IMG/VR virus record: IMGVR_UViG_3300033120_000579
Location: 38,863 to 102,862 of that record
Strand: one strand, 5' to 3'
Length of the DNA: 64,000 nucleotides
Source: a virus
Lineage: Duplodnaviria > Caudoviricetes
This document shows, piece by piece, positions 20,572 through 31,393 of this stretch. The notes beneath the pieces were generated by a model. The model ran no database searches, was not told the origin of the DNA, and worked only from the letters and a program-made list of their open reading frames with translations. A program made the position numbers and the translations under genes. Within the stretch, counting starts at the first letter, position 1; each line of letters begins with the position of its first letter.

Positions 20572-22067
20572 TATTTTCTTTTATTTTTAAATAAGTAACC
20601 ACCTAAAGCTTTAGAATTACTATCAATTAATATTCCAGCTTTTCTAGCGGCTACTTCAGTTTCTTCAGATGTTGCTGTAGGATTCATTTTTTGATATTCT
20701 CCAAGCCAATTATATCCAGTAGTTGTACTAGCTATTTTTTTATATATTTCTTCTTTACCAATATCACCAATTCCATTTCCAATTTCAGCTAAATATTTAG
20801 AACGCTCATTATTGTAAGCTGCTTCATTTCTATCATTAATATCTAATTCTAAATTATCTTGTTGTAAATTAGTAGCATTAATTCCAGCATTAAATTGTTG
20901 ACCCTGTACATTAGTTGCCCTATTTTGAGCTTCTGCATTTATATAGGCTTCTGATAAAGCTTTAGTTCTATTAAGACCTGCTCCTAAAATATTATTTCTT
21001 AATGCTCCAATAGAACCATTACTAGCTCCACTTAAAGAATTAATAGTATTATTAGTTTCATTAGATATAATATTTTGTAAACTTCTTTCATCTACATATT
21101 CAGGATTAAATCTTTGATCTAATCTATTAAGTTTTGAATAACTAGGTTTTTCTAATTCTGATAATTGATAAGCATTCATAGCAATTGGTGTATATCTGGC
21201 AGCTTGCCCTAAAGTACTTCCTAATTTAGATAAATCTGCTTTAGGTAGTTTATAACTTTCTGGAATAATTAAACCATTAGATTCTAGATTAATCCCCTCT
21301 GTAATAGCTAAATCATTAATAATCGTATTATCAATACCTAATCTTTTTAATTTTTCAATTTCTAATAAATCAGCATCTGGATTTAAAGGACCTCCTTTAG
21401 CATACATTTTACCACCATAAGCAAAATCATTACTAAATTGATTACTTTCTTTAATATGTTTTCTTCTATTAGCTGCTTCTTCTTCAGATTTATTACCTAA
21501 TTTAGAAATAAATCCACCAGCTAAATCTCCAACTACACCACCAATCATTCCACCAATTGGACCACCAATAGCAGTTCCTGCAATAGTAGTACCTGCTTTA
21601 ACACCTGAATTCAAAGCTTGTTCATTATTTCCAGTTGCTAAATTAGTTATAGAATCTATCCCTGATTCAACTCCTGGTAATGACATCATTTCCATTTCAC
21701 CACCTAAAAACATTTGATTTTGACCTAATGTATTTCCAGGTTCAATTGGTTTCATTAATTCTTGAGCTTCTGCAATTTTAGATAACATTCCGTCTTTAGT
21801 AGATAATGAAATTTTATCATTTCTATCTTTAAATTTATTATCTATAAACTTAGTAGCATCTGCCATAGTTTTATTAGTTAAAGATTTAGGTAGGTTATAT
21901 TGTTTAATTATTTCAGGAGTAAGTTTAATTCTATTACTATAAACAAAACCATTTTGAACAGTTTCTCCTTCTTCTACAGTATTATTGCTATTCATAGGCA
22001 CACCACCTAGAATATTTTCTGAATGTAGTCCTCCTTCATCAATTTTAGTTAAATCATTTTTTCTCAT
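20571..22067 (-). CDS. Virion cargo protein (498 aa)
   Basis: GGxH(S)EN..GGVP....VEEGET N-terminal motif, FAYGG/YAKGG/ALGG repeats and a Gly-zipper segment typical of crAss-like cargo proteins. Confidence 0.7.
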   Translation of the reverse strand: MRKNDLTKIDEGGLHSENILGGVPMNSNNTVEEGETVQNGFVYSNRIKLTPEIIKQYNLPKSLTNKTMADATKFIDNKFKDRNDKISLSTKDGMLSKIAEAQELMKPIEPGNTLGQNQMFLGGEMEMMSLPGVESGIDSITNLATGNNEQALNSGVKAGTTIAGTAIGGPIGGMIGGVVGDLAGGFISKLGNKSEEEAANRRKHIKESNQFSNDFAYGGKMYAKGGPLNPDADLLEIEKLKRLGIDNTIINDLAITEGINLESNGLIIPESYKLPKADLSKLGSTLGQAARYTPIAMNAYQLSELEKPSYSKLNRLDQRFNPEYVDERSLQNIISNETNNTINSLSGASNGSIGALRNNILGAGLNRTKALSEAYINAEAQNRATNVQGQQFNAGINATNLQQDNLELDINDRNEAAYNNERSKYLAEIGNGIGDIGKEEIYKKIASTTTGYNWLGEYQKMNPTATSEETEVAARKAGILIDSNSKALGGYLFKNKRK

Positions 22068-22104
22068 ATTATTATATATAATTGTATTAAATTCTTTGTA
22101 TATC

Positions 22105-22138
22105 TACAAAGATATAACATATTTGTATTATTTCCTAA
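22105..22138 (-). promoter_or_regulatory. Bacteroidota-type promoter for the cargo operon
   Basis: TTAGGA-N18-TATCTTTGTA, about 40 nt upstream of ATG 22067. Confidence 0.8.
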
Positions 22139-22161
22139 CAAATTTTAAGTTTTTTTATAAC

Positions 22162-22207
22162 AAAAAAAGATATGAATTATATCTTTTGAATATAAAACAT
22201 ATCTTTT
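22162..22207 (-). terminator. Intrinsic terminator after the tail stabilization gene
   Basis: AAAAGATATG...CATATCTTTTTTT hairpin with U tract on the minus strand. Confidence 0.7.
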
Positions 22208-22212
22208 AAGTT

Positions 22213-25200
22213 TTAAATACTATATCCTACAACTATATCGTGTAGTATTAATTTATAATCATCAACATTATTAAATTGTAAATTTAAATAACACCAAGGA
22301 TTTCTAATTCTATTTCTAGTATTAGCATTTCTTGGTAATTGAATATTCCAATCTCTAAATTTACGTCTAAGATTTCCATTACGATTATTTATTAATTCAA
22401 TTAAATTAGAATCTTGATATTCATTATAAAGTCTAATATGTGTTAATGTTTTATCAAATTGATCTATATTATCTTTATAAACTTCAGATTTAAATATAAT
22501 GTTATCAAATACTGTATCCAAATTAGCTTCAGGATTAATCATTAAAGTTATTTCACTAGGATAATATATTTCATAAAATTGATTATATTCACCTTCATAT
22601 TGTTTATATAATTTATTTATATCAGGATGTGTTGTAATAAAATTGTCACCTTTACTAATATACATACTCGGAATATAATCATAAAAAGATATAAATTGAT
22701 TAACTGCTTCATTAAATGAAATAGTAAAAGATTCTTTATCTTCTTGATGGAATGTCATAAACATATCATTATTAATATAATCATAACCAGAACTAACTCC
22801 TTTTTTAATTAAAGGATTATTTATTTTAAGCTCTTCTAAGCTAATATTATTTGAAAACCATATATGGATACCTTTTGAATCAGATAATCCTTCTACACTA
22901 CCTTTAAATACGTTAATTGAATTATTAAGAGTATCATAATAATAAAATGCTGAAGGAGAATTAACAACAGACCATTTATTAAGTGTTCCAGATTCAGTAG
23001 ATAAATATTTATATTCATTAAGAACTGTACCAGTTCCTAATTCTACAGATATACCATCACTACCTTGAACTTGAACTCTAGGTTGTATAGATAAATAAGC
23101 TAAAGCATTATCTTGTAAAGTATAAAGTTCATCCTTATATTTATGTAATATATTAATAGGACCATATTTACCATCCAATGTTAATACATTATTAGGTTGT
23201 AAGTCTGTCCAACTATCTATAATTTCTCCAGGAACTTTAACTTTTGTTGCAATAATATTAGTATCAAAAGAATTCACTTTTTTAAATTTATAATCTAAAT
23301 CTCTACGAAGAATTAAATTACTATCTTGTGAATAAACTTTGTTATATTTTTGATATTCATCATTTCTAGGTTGAAATCTATTATCCCAATCAGTTAAACT
23401 TAAATCATTTCTATTTTTTAAATCTACAGTAGTTTCAACTTTGAATTCTACAATTTCAGTTAATTGTTCTGAATTACGATTATATACTTCTGTTTCAGTT
23501 TTAACTAATTTTGTAAATTTAAAATTAGAAATAAAAGTATCTCCAATATGTAAACAATTATATATATTAGTATTTATTACATTATAATTACCTACTTCAA
23601 CATAATTAGTTCTTTTTTTAGATTCATAAGAGTTTCCTCCATATATATTACCAAGATATATTAAATTTTTATCTATTCTAAATTCAGAAATTAGACCTAA
23701 ACCAGTATCAATCATTCCAGATAAGGTATGTAATTGTTCTAAAGTTATTCTATCTTCCGTAATTGTAGTATTATCTCCTAATGCAAAAGTTATGTTTTTA
23801 GCACCCCAACTATTTACATTTGTTAATATTACATCTGCAGCTAAAGGTTGTAATGAATTAGAATATCTTAAATCTGAATCATTATTATATGTTGTTAAAC
23901 CTTGTCCTAAATTTACTATTTCAGGAATACCATAAGTTTGTATAGAATTATTAAAATTAGATTTAATAAAATTTTCTGTATATTTTCTATAAGTTTGAAC
24001 AAAATTCATTTTATTTTCTTGACCATGACCAAAAAAACCATGAAATTGAATATTATCTTTTTGACCTTTAATTAATTCAAAATTACTTGGAGTTAAAGCT
24101 TTTATATCATGAGGATAAATTGCATTAAAAACTTTAGCTTCATGATCAACAACTTTAGTTTCTATATCTCTAACTTGTTCCCATGCAGCATTATATTCAT
24201 TTTCAAATCCTCCTATTAAATTTAAATTAACATTACTTAGATTTTGTAATATATTAAAAGTAATCTCAGGTGTAAACATTTGCATCAATTGTGTAAATTG
24301 ATATGTACCTGCAGTCCATTGACTTGCTTCTGCAGCTTTATATACTTCATTTCTAGAATCACCATTCGTTCCAGGAGAATCCCAATTAGGATGATATTCA
24401 GTTCCTCTATCAACTCTAAAATAAGTTTTATTTCTCCACATAGGAGCTAAATATTCATCAAATCTTCTCATCATAGATGGGATTTTTAAACCATTGTTTG
24501 CTCTAGTAATTAATGCTGCATCAATAGTATCACTACCTGTATTATCTCCAGAAACCTGTGATAACATCCCATTAATAAGTCCTTGACAAAGAATTGTTCT
24601 ATCTCCTATATTTCTTTCAGCTCTAAGTAATTGATAACCTACAGGTTTTAAAAATTCATCATAATTACCATCTTCATCTAAAAAATTATTATTATCATTT
24701 AACCATGTATAAAATAAAGCTTTAAATTCTATTTCTATAGAAGAATAATATCCATTTAAATTAGATTCATTACCTATGACTATATTTTTAAAATCAGCAA
24801 TCCATTTAGGTAAACTTATTTGACCATAATTGTTATAAAATTGTATTCCAATTCTATAAATTTCATTATCTTTTAAAAATTTATTTTCAGAATCTTTTTG
24901 TGTAAATCCATCTATACCTATTTGATTTCTTATAATTTTATATTTAAGATAAGGACCTTCTCCACCTAAAATTGTAGAATTATATTGTTTATTATATAAA
25001 TCATAATTTTTGTTAATTGTAGAATGATCATATTGTATTTTAGGTAATCCTGTAAGTATTGTACTAGATGTTATATTTAATGTAGGTTCATTTGATGTTA
25101 TAATTCCACCAGATTCAATTAATGAATTATAAACAGGTGTAGATGTAGTATTTGATTGAAAACTAAAAGCTCTTAAATCTATTGAATTTAAAGAATTAGT

Positions 25201-26295
25201 ATTGTTTATATCAAAATTCTTTTCTTTATAATTAGCTAAAAACATTATATTATTTTTAGTATTAATATGTTTAGGTATAATTATATCACTACCTAAAAAT
25301 AAAAATTCTTCTAAAGAAACTTCTTCTATAATATTACCATCATCATAATAAATAATTTCACTTATTCCTCTAATATTTCTATCTAAAATTAAAGATATAA
25401 TTGGTTGTTGATTATAACTAGTATATTTAATACTATATAATTTTAAATTAGTATAATTACTATCAATAGTATCAATTTTAATTACAGGTGTAGCACCAAC
25501 AATTTCATTAATATCCCCTCCTCCGTTGTTATCTCCTTTTGTTAACGGTATTAAATTACTTAACGGACTTAATTTAGTTTGAGATCCATTTATTTTATAT
25601 AAATTATAAGCATATTGGATCATACCTGAAGTGTGTGTTCCTCCAGTTACAATATCTATAATTTCAGGTTGATCTATAGTATAAGTACCTGTTATCTGAA
25701 TAATATCAACATTTAAATCAATTAAATTTTCTAAATCTCCATTTTCAATACTATTATAAATATTTAAAAATCTCATTTGATTTTTACCTTCAACCCAATA
25801 TACTTTATCAATTATTTCATTTTCATAATTATTAAGTGCTTGAATAGGATTGTTAATACTAAATCCTAAATTTCTAATATATAATAAATCTAGTTCAAAT
25901 GTGACATCATTGAATTTCCAAACACAATCAAAACCATTATTATCTGTAGTAAATAAGAGAATATTATTTCTAGAATTAACATGTCCTATTATTAATTGAA
26001 TACCTGATGTAACCTCTGTTTCAATTCCTGGTAAATAAGTTTCTATTATTTCATCATTAATAAACAATAATTCTTTATTAGAGTATATTATACTTTTTGT
26101 TTTTAATATTGTAACAGAAGGTATTGTTAAGACTAATTCATTACCTTTCTCATTTGTAACTGAAAATGTACTTTGTGAATTAGTTGCAGTAATACGAATA
26201 TTTTTAGCATCAAAATATACTTTATTTGGAAATTTAGATTTAGTTAAATCTTTAACCATACCACTGTATGAGTGTTGTATTTGTTTATTAGCCAT
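22213..26295 (-). CDS. Tail stabilization / muzzle protein (P22 gp10-like, 1360 aa)
   Basis: GMVKDL...FDAKNIRI, GDTF, DSWT...LDGKYGPI, FISFYDY, LRRKFRDW...NRIRNPW; size and position match crAss-like tail nozzle. Confidence 0.8.
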   Translation of the reverse strand: MANKQIQHSYSGMVKDLTKSKFPNKVYFDAKNIRITATNSQSTFSVTNEKGNELVLTIPSVTILKTKSIIYSNKELLFINDEIIETYLPGIETEVTSGIQLIIGHVNSRNNILLFTTDNNGFDCVWKFNDVTFELDLLYIRNLGFSINNPIQALNNYENEIIDKVYWVEGKNQMRFLNIYNSIENGDLENLIDLNVDIIQITGTYTIDQPEIIDIVTGGTHTSGMIQYAYNLYKINGSQTKLSPLSNLIPLTKGDNNGGGDINEIVGATPVIKIDTIDSNYTNLKLYSIKYTSYNQQPIISLILDRNIRGISEIIYYDDGNIIEEVSLEEFLFLGSDIIIPKHINTKNNIMFLANYKEKNFDINNTNSLNSIDLRAFSFQSNTTSTPVYNSLIESGGIITSNEPTLNITSSTILTGLPKIQYDHSTINKNYDLYNKQYNSTILGGEGPYLKYKIIRNQIGIDGFTQKDSENKFLKDNEIYRIGIQFYNNYGQISLPKWIADFKNIVIGNESNLNGYYSSIEIEFKALFYTWLNDNNNFLDEDGNYDEFLKPVGYQLLRAERNIGDRTILCQGLINGMLSQVSGDNTGSDTIDAALITRANNGLKIPSMMRRFDEYLAPMWRNKTYFRVDRGTEYHPNWDSPGTNGDSRNEVYKAAEASQWTAGTYQFTQLMQMFTPEITFNILQNLSNVNLNLIGGFENEYNAAWEQVRDIETKVVDHEAKVFNAIYPHDIKALTPSNFELIKGQKDNIQFHGFFGHGQENKMNFVQTYRKYTENFIKSNFNNSIQTYGIPEIVNLGQGLTTYNNDSDLRYSNSLQPLAADVILTNVNSWGAKNITFALGDNTTITEDRITLEQLHTLSGMIDTGLGLISEFRIDKNLIYLGNIYGGNSYESKKRTNYVEVGNYNVINTNIYNCLHIGDTFISNFKFTKLVKTETEVYNRNSEQLTEIVEFKVETTVDLKNRNDLSLTDWDNRFQPRNDEYQKYNKVYSQDSNLILRRDLDYKFKKVNSFDTNIIATKVKVPGEIIDSWTDLQPNNVLTLDGKYGPINILHKYKDELYTLQDNALAYLSIQPRVQVQGSDGISVELGTGTVLNEYKYLSTESGTLNKWSVVNSPSAFYYYDTLNNSINVFKGSVEGLSDSKGIHIWFSNNISLEELKINNPLIKKGVSSGYDYINNDMFMTFHQEDKESFTISFNEAVNQFISFYDYIPSMYISKGDNFITTHPDINKLYKQYEGEYNQFYEIYYPSEITLMINPEANLDTVFDNIIFKSEVYKDNIDQFDKTLTHIRLYNEYQDSNLIELINNRNGNLRRKFRDWNIQLPRNANTRNRIRNPWCYLNLQFNNVDDYKLILHDIVVGYSI

Positions 26296-26974
26296 TAATT
26301 AGAAATTTAAAAGTTGTTTTATTTGTTCTAGTACCATTTAGATACCTTGCTAAATTTGCACAGCGGATATTATTTTCTAAAGCACATTCTGTAATAGAAT
26401 CCCAAATTTGATTGGTTTCAATACAAATTACTTTTTTAGCAAAAGGACAATCTTTTCCTTTTTTACCAAACCAAGAACTTTTATTACCTTTTCTAATTTC
26501 AGATAATATTTTTTTATGATCTTCAGATATTATTTTACCCTTATTACCTTTACTAATTGCTTCACAATGAGATTTAGGAAATTTTCTACCTATTTGAATT
26601 TTAGAAATTTTTAATTTAGTTTCTTTAGTATGTAATCTCCCAATTGCTTTTATTCTCATTTTTTCTTTAGTTTCATTGCTAATTTTACCAGATTTATCTT
26701 TACTTGTAACTAATCTACAATTCAATCCGTTAGGACCAATTACATCATAAGCATCTTGAAAATCTCTTTCAAACTCATTTAATTGTTCTTCATAACATAA
26801 AGACATAATTTCAAATTTATGGTTTTCAAATCCATGAAATTTTAATGAATTATATAATCTTGTTTGACCTTTACAATTTAATGTTTTATAAAAATTCCAT
26901 CTATCATAAATATCTATAGCTTGTCCTATATAAATTTTATTAGATGGTGATGTAATTTTATATATACCTATCAT
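26288..26974 (-). mobile_element. Free-standing GIY-YIG homing endonuclease with NUMOD3-like repeats and a C-terminal NUMOD1-like domain
   Basis: MIGIYKIT..NKIYIGQA; SxETKxKM/HTKETKLKIS/SEDHKKILS repeats; C-terminal KVIC..TNQ.WDSITECA. Confidence 0.88.
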
Positions 26975-27693
26975 TAATTATAATTTTTAAAACGTTCCTT
27001 AATTCCAAAGTTTTTATAGAAATTTTCGTGAGCATCATTTTGAATTAATATTCTATTTAAACCTCTCATCATACTTTCTAAATGATCTATACCAGATAAA
27101 GTTAATGAAGTTCCTGCTTGACCAAGATACCAATGTTTTTTTTGTTCATAATAACTAAACACTTTATCTGTAATTTTACCCATTGACCAAATAGCTTCTA
27201 AATGTCTCCACATTATAAAATATTCCAAACCAAATTTAAATGATTCATTATCTGGAATAAGTGGATAACCTTTTTCATCTGTAGCTATAGCTTTATATGA
27301 AATTTCTATAAAACCCTCCTTAAATGATGTTGTGATAACACAATTTTGTAAAGTATAAGTTAATTCTGTAGCACAATTATCATCAGCATTATCAGATATT
27401 TTACTTTTATGATATAAATCTGTAGCATATCTCATAGCAATACCTTCATTATCTTTACAATCACCAAGATATTTAATACCTCTAACATTAATTAAATTAT
27501 TAGGAATAAAACCTTTATAATCATTAATTTCAATAATTTTAACTTCATCTATAAAAGATAATGGAGCTCCAACTAATCTAATAAACTCTAGAGCAAATTC
27601 AGCAGCTTGATCATAAGCTAAATCTTGAGCTAAAGGATGTCTTAGTACTTTATACATTATATACCCAATTGATTGAGTTTTTCCTGAATTCAT
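26974..27693 (-). CDS. Tail ring / tubular protein
   Basis: SFKEG.IEISYKAI.TD..GYPLIPD motif of crAss-like tail tubular proteins; position in the tail block. Confidence 0.65.
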   Translation of the reverse strand: MNSGKTQSIGYIMYKVLRHPLAQDLAYDQAAEFALEFIRLVGAPLSFIDEVKIIEINDYKGFIPNNLINVRGIKYLGDCKDNEGIAMRYATDLYHKSKISDNADDNCATELTYTLQNCVITTSFKEGFIEISYKAIATDEKGYPLIPDNESFKFGLEYFIMWRHLEAIWSMGKITDKVFSYYEQKKHWYLGQAGTSLTLSGIDHLESMMRGLNRILIQNDAHENFYKNFGIKERFKNYN

Positions 27694-27707
27694 ATTTTAT
27701 TTATTTT

Positions 27708-28232
27708 TTAATACAAGTCGTAAGCTTGAAAGTTATCTTGATTTGGATCTAATATCCTCTTAGCTAATGCTCGTTGAAACATTCTACAAGGTTTAAATCT
27801 ATAATATTTTTTATTGATATAACTATACCCAGATTTTATCATTTTAATTCTAAATATATATTTAGAAGAATGATTGTTTAAATGTTTAATTAGAAGTTTT
27901 CTAGATTTAGCTTCTTCATTTTCTTTCCATAAATCCAATGTAGTTTTCCAATCAATTGGGTTTTTATTAATTAATTTATTATTAATAATTTCAACAGATT
28001 TAGTAGTTTTTCTAATACAAAATGTAATTTGAGTTGTAATAGGTGTATATTCTAATCCATCATTAATAATTGATAACATTATTTTTTTATTAAATTCTGC
28101 TACTACTTTGTGAAATCTTTTAGAATCTACTGGATTTTTACTATAATTTTTATAAAATTTATAATAATCTTTTACACCATAATCAGCTTTAATTTTACCT
28201 TCACCACGAGCTTTATTAATCATTTGAGTCAT
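27708..28232 (-). CDS. IHF-like basic protein of the crAss tail block
   Basis: Basic protein with IDWKTT..LW and YRFKPCR; lies between ring-protein genes. Confidence 0.5.
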   Translation of the reverse strand: MTQMINKARGEGKIKADYGVKDYYKFYKNYSKNPVDSKRFHKVVAEFNKKIMLSIINDGLEYTPITTQITFCIRKTTKSVEIINNKLINKNPIDWKTTLDLWKENEEAKSRKLLIKHLNNHSSKYIFRIKMIKSGYSYINKKYYRFKPCRMFQRALAKRILDPNQDNFQAYDLY

Positions 28233-28899
28233 TTTCTTTATCTTCAGGTAGTTTTAATTTACCTATAAGAGTATTAACAATTTCTTCTCTAATCAAATCA
28301 ATATAATGAGCTTGTAATGGATAATCTGATATCATTTTATCAAAACAAGGTTTAGGTATTTCACAATTACAACAATTAGCATAATCAGCTAGTTCTAGTG
28401 GATCTTCAAATACACCTGTAATTGTAATACATTCTATCAATTTAACTGTTTCAGATTCACTAACTAAATAAATATATTGATCTGCATCTAAAAATGCATA
28501 AATAGATTTTCCAAAACTAGAATACTTACTAAAAGTAGCTTGAGTTTTATTAACAAAGTTAAATGGAACTGTAAGTCTAGTTACAGGTTTAACTGATGTT
28601 AACATTGATTTTAAATGAGTATCTAAAGGTTTTGGTATCTTAGTCTTAGTTCTCATAATAGTTCCACAATCTTCATCTATATCACATTGATTATGAGATA
28701 CTTCTTCAAGTCCTATACATAATGTTTGTAATATTGAATTATCAATTGAAATTTGCATATTATTCAATTGTTGTCTAAGATACTTAGCTCTTTTAATTCC
28801 GTAAAGATATATAATATAACGATCTGAGATTTCACTATCATTTTGATATTGATTTAACTGCTCCCGCACGTCAAAAACAATTTTATTAAGTATTGCCAT
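28216..28899 (-). CDS. Tail ring protein
   Basis: DSEISDR.I.Y.....RAKYL, ITGVFEDP, YPL; Cys-rich; tail block. Confidence 0.6.
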   Translation of the reverse strand: MAILNKIVFDVREQLNQYQNDSEISDRYIIYLYGIKRAKYLRQQLNNMQISIDNSILQTLCIGLEEVSHNQCDIDEDCGTIMRTKTKIPKPLDTHLKSMLTSVKPVTRLTVPFNFVNKTQATFSKYSSFGKSIYAFLDADQYIYLVSESETVKLIECITITGVFEDPLELADYANCCNCEIPKPCFDKMISDYPLQAHYIDLIREEIVNTLIGKLKLPEDKENDSND

Positions 28900-28911
28900 A
28901 TATATTTAAAT

Positions 28912-28942
28912 AAAAAAACCCTCAAATTACTTTGAAGGTTTT
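28912..28942 (-). terminator. Intrinsic terminator
   Basis: AAAACCTTCAAA-GTAA-TTTGAGGGTTTTTTT on the minus strand. Confidence 0.75.
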
Positions 28943-28966
28943 GAGTTTTATATTATTATTAAGTTT

Positions 28967-29884
28967 TTATAAATTCATCATTATATTAATCGGAACTTCT
29001 CCCTGAAGAATAACTCCACATGCTATTGCAGGTTTTGGACCCTCTTTACCATATGCCATTGCATATGATTTATGATCAATTCCACATCCTACTTGCATTC
29101 CAAATAATTTAAATTTAGCTCCTACACACCAATCAATATAAGCTTGACTATGTAAATGTCCTTGAACTACTGATTGTAAATCTCTACGAACTCTAGCTCT
29201 TGCAGTACCACCTTCACCATGAATATAAATCACATCATCAATTTCAATTGATTCTGTAAAATTCCAACCTGGTGTACCTAATACTTCTGCATAATCTTTA
29301 ATCCACATTTTAGATAAACCGCTTGAATAAGCTTTACGCATAATTAATCTATCGTGATTACCGATAATTACAGTTGCTTTAGGAAAAGCATTATACCATT
29401 GTTTAATTCTTTGAATTGCCATTTTAAGCTCTTGTCCAGCACTATGTCCATCTGGATCAGTCTCATGATAAGAACTAGCATGATTGTCTATAATATCACC
29501 TATAAATACTACTTCGTTACATTTATATTTGTTATAAGTTTCAATACAATGTTCTAAATAATTATCTAAACAAAAAGGTTCATGTAAATCTCCAATAACT
29601 AATACATTTTTACCAGTTTTAGATTTTTTAACATTTTCTTTAAAAGAATCTATTGGGAATAAATTATTAGTAAAAGCATTTCTAATTATATCATTAGATG
29701 TCTTAAATTCTTTAGTTTGAATAGTTTTTTTATTTTTTTTATGTTTAAATTCTCTACGAACTTCTTGTAATGCTTGATAACATAATTCTTCATCAGCATC
29801 TATAATATTTGATAATTTAAATGCTCCAAATTTAATATAACCAGGTTTACTTTTTAAAAAGTTTTTAATTTCTTCTAATATCAT
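28967..29884 (-). CDS. Metallophosphoesterase with a basic N-terminal extension
   Basis: GDLH, GDIID, GNHD, HG and GHLH motifs. Confidence 0.88.
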   Translation of the reverse strand: MILEEIKNFLKSKPGYIKFGAFKLSNIIDADEELCYQALQEVRREFKHKKNKKTIQTKEFKTSNDIIRNAFTNNLFPIDSFKENVKKSKTGKNVLVIGDLHEPFCLDNYLEHCIETYNKYKCNEVVFIGDIIDNHASSYHETDPDGHSAGQELKMAIQRIKQWYNAFPKATVIIGNHDRLIMRKAYSSGLSKMWIKDYAEVLGTPGWNFTESIEIDDVIYIHGEGGTARARVRRDLQSVVQGHLHSQAYIDWCVGAKFKLFGMQVGCGIDHKSYAMAYGKEGPKPAIACGVILQGEVPINIMMNL

Positions 29885-29907
29885 ATTATTGTTTTAATTA
29901 ATATTAC

Positions 29908-29941
29908 TACAAAGATAAAACATTTTATTGACAATTCCAAA
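29908..29941 (-). promoter_or_regulatory. Bacteroidota-type promoter
   Basis: TTTGGA-N18-TATCTTTGTA upstream of ATG 29884. Confidence 0.8.
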
Positions 29942-29972
29942 TAAAATAGCATTTATTTTATAATAATTTTAA

Positions 29973-30254
29973 TTATACGTCTTCTAAAACTTGAATTCTA
30001 GTTGCTAAAGCTTGTAAAGTTGCTTGTAAAGTTCCTGCGGCTAATCCATCTGTACCTGCAGCAACATTTGCTAATTTAGTTAATGTAATATTTGCATTAG
30101 CTGGAATTTTAGCATTAGTAACTGCATTATTAGCAATTGTTAATGACATAGGTAATGCCTCTGTAGCATCTCCTGTTACAGTAATTTCAGAAGAACTTGT
30201 AAAAAGTTTAGTAAAATTTCTTACAAAATTTAAAACGTTACTCGGTGTATTCAT
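29973..30254 (-). CDS. Small fibre-like structural protein (93 aa)
   Basis: ITVTGDAT, AVTNAKI and a C-terminal heptad LQALATRIQVLE typical of trimeric fibres. Confidence 0.5.
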   Translation of the reverse strand: MNTPSNVLNFVRNFTKLFTSSSEITVTGDATEALPMSLTIANNAVTNAKIPANANITLTKLANVAAGTDGLAAGTLQATLQALATRIQVLEDV

Positions 30255-30259
30255 AATAT

Positions 30260-30880
30260 TTATTTGTTAATGTTAAATAAGTTAATTGAGTATTTTATTC
30301 CAAGAGTTTTATCTTCAGAATAAGATAATGATAATACATTATTTTTTTTACCAATAAAATCCAAATGTATTGAAGGATCTAATTGTGTTAAATCTTTAGT
30401 TGTAGTTAAACCTGCACCAATATTTACACTAAATATTCTTTCTTTAGGTTTAGGAATATTTAAATTATAATTTTGAGATTTTACTTTCCAATCATATTTA
30501 ATTGATTTCAACTCTCCTTGAACTTCAACATTTCCTACAATTTTAATAGTATCATTTTCAAAAGGAACTTGATATTTACGTATTTGAATTGAATTAAGAT
30601 ATTCTAACAATTTATCTTTTTCAGATTCTAATTTTATATATTTATCTACTAATTCTTTATTAAAAGGATTCTCTGTAAAAATTAAACTATCTTGATATAT
30701 TAAACTATCTTTAGTAGTTATAATTGGTTTAGGATTAACTATAATAGGTGATTCTCCAACTAATTCTGGAACAGTGACAGATATAACTTTAGTTTCTTTT
30801 GGTGATGTCCATCTACCTATAAAAAAAGCTAAAATTAATATTAATATTCCTATTGTAATATTTTTTAAATTTGTATTCAT
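30260..30880 (-). CDS. Membrane-anchored lysis accessory protein (spanin candidate)
   Basis: N-terminal TM helix, central coil, C-terminal amphipathic beta strands; immediately downstream of the endolysin. Confidence 0.45.
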   Translation of the reverse strand: MNTNLKNITIGILILILAFFIGRWTSPKETKVISVTVPELVGESPIIVNPKPIITTKDSLIYQDSLIFTENPFNKELVDKYIKLESEKDKLLEYLNSIQIRKYQVPFENDTIKIVGNVEVQGELKSIKYDWKVKSQNYNLNIPKPKERIFSVNIGAGLTTTKDLTQLDPSIHLDFIGKKNNVLSLSYSEDKTLGIKYSINLFNINK

Positions 30881-30881
30881 G

Positions 30882-31391
30882 TTATAAGTTTATATATTTA
30901 ATATTATTTTCTAAAGTAAAATCATTTTTATCTATTTTAGATTTCATTTGTTGCCAAGATAATCCAAAATCTTTTTGAAAATGTGGAAAATCCCATTTTT
31001 TATCATTAGAAATAAAACCATTTTTATAACCTTTAGATTCTAAATATTTAGTAACTTCTAACCAATCAGAAATACCATCTTTATCATGATCTTTTCTCAT
31101 ATTCCAAGAAGCTTCTTCAAAAGAACCATTATTATCATTGTCATATAATAATACAATATCAAAAGCTAATCCATATTGATGAATAGATTGCCAAGCTTTA
31201 GAATTAGTTACTTTAGGTTTTTGATTAAATAACTTATTTTGTTCTTCTGGAGATCTATAAGTATAAGCAAATCTAAGTCTTACATTTTTTCCAAGTAATT
31301 TTTCATTTATATAAGTATATATTTCTAAAACTTCTTTTCTTATTTTTGGATGTAAAGTTTTAATTCTTTCAATTGTTATACTATCTACCAT
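30882..31391 (-). CDS. Endolysin, peptidase M15 family (L-Ala-D-Glu peptidase-like)
   Basis: YRSPEEQNKLF, SIHQYGLAFDI and DFPHFQ Zn-peptidase motifs. Confidence 0.88.
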   Translation of the reverse strand: MVDSITIERIKTLHPKIRKEVLEIYTYINEKLLGKNVRLRFAYTYRSPEEQNKLFNQKPKVTNSKAWQSIHQYGLAFDIVLLYDNDNNGSFEEASWNMRKDHDKDGISDWLEVTKYLESKGYKNGFISNDKKWDFPHFQKDFGLSWQQMKSKIDKNDFTLENNIKYINL

Positions 31392-31393
31392 AA

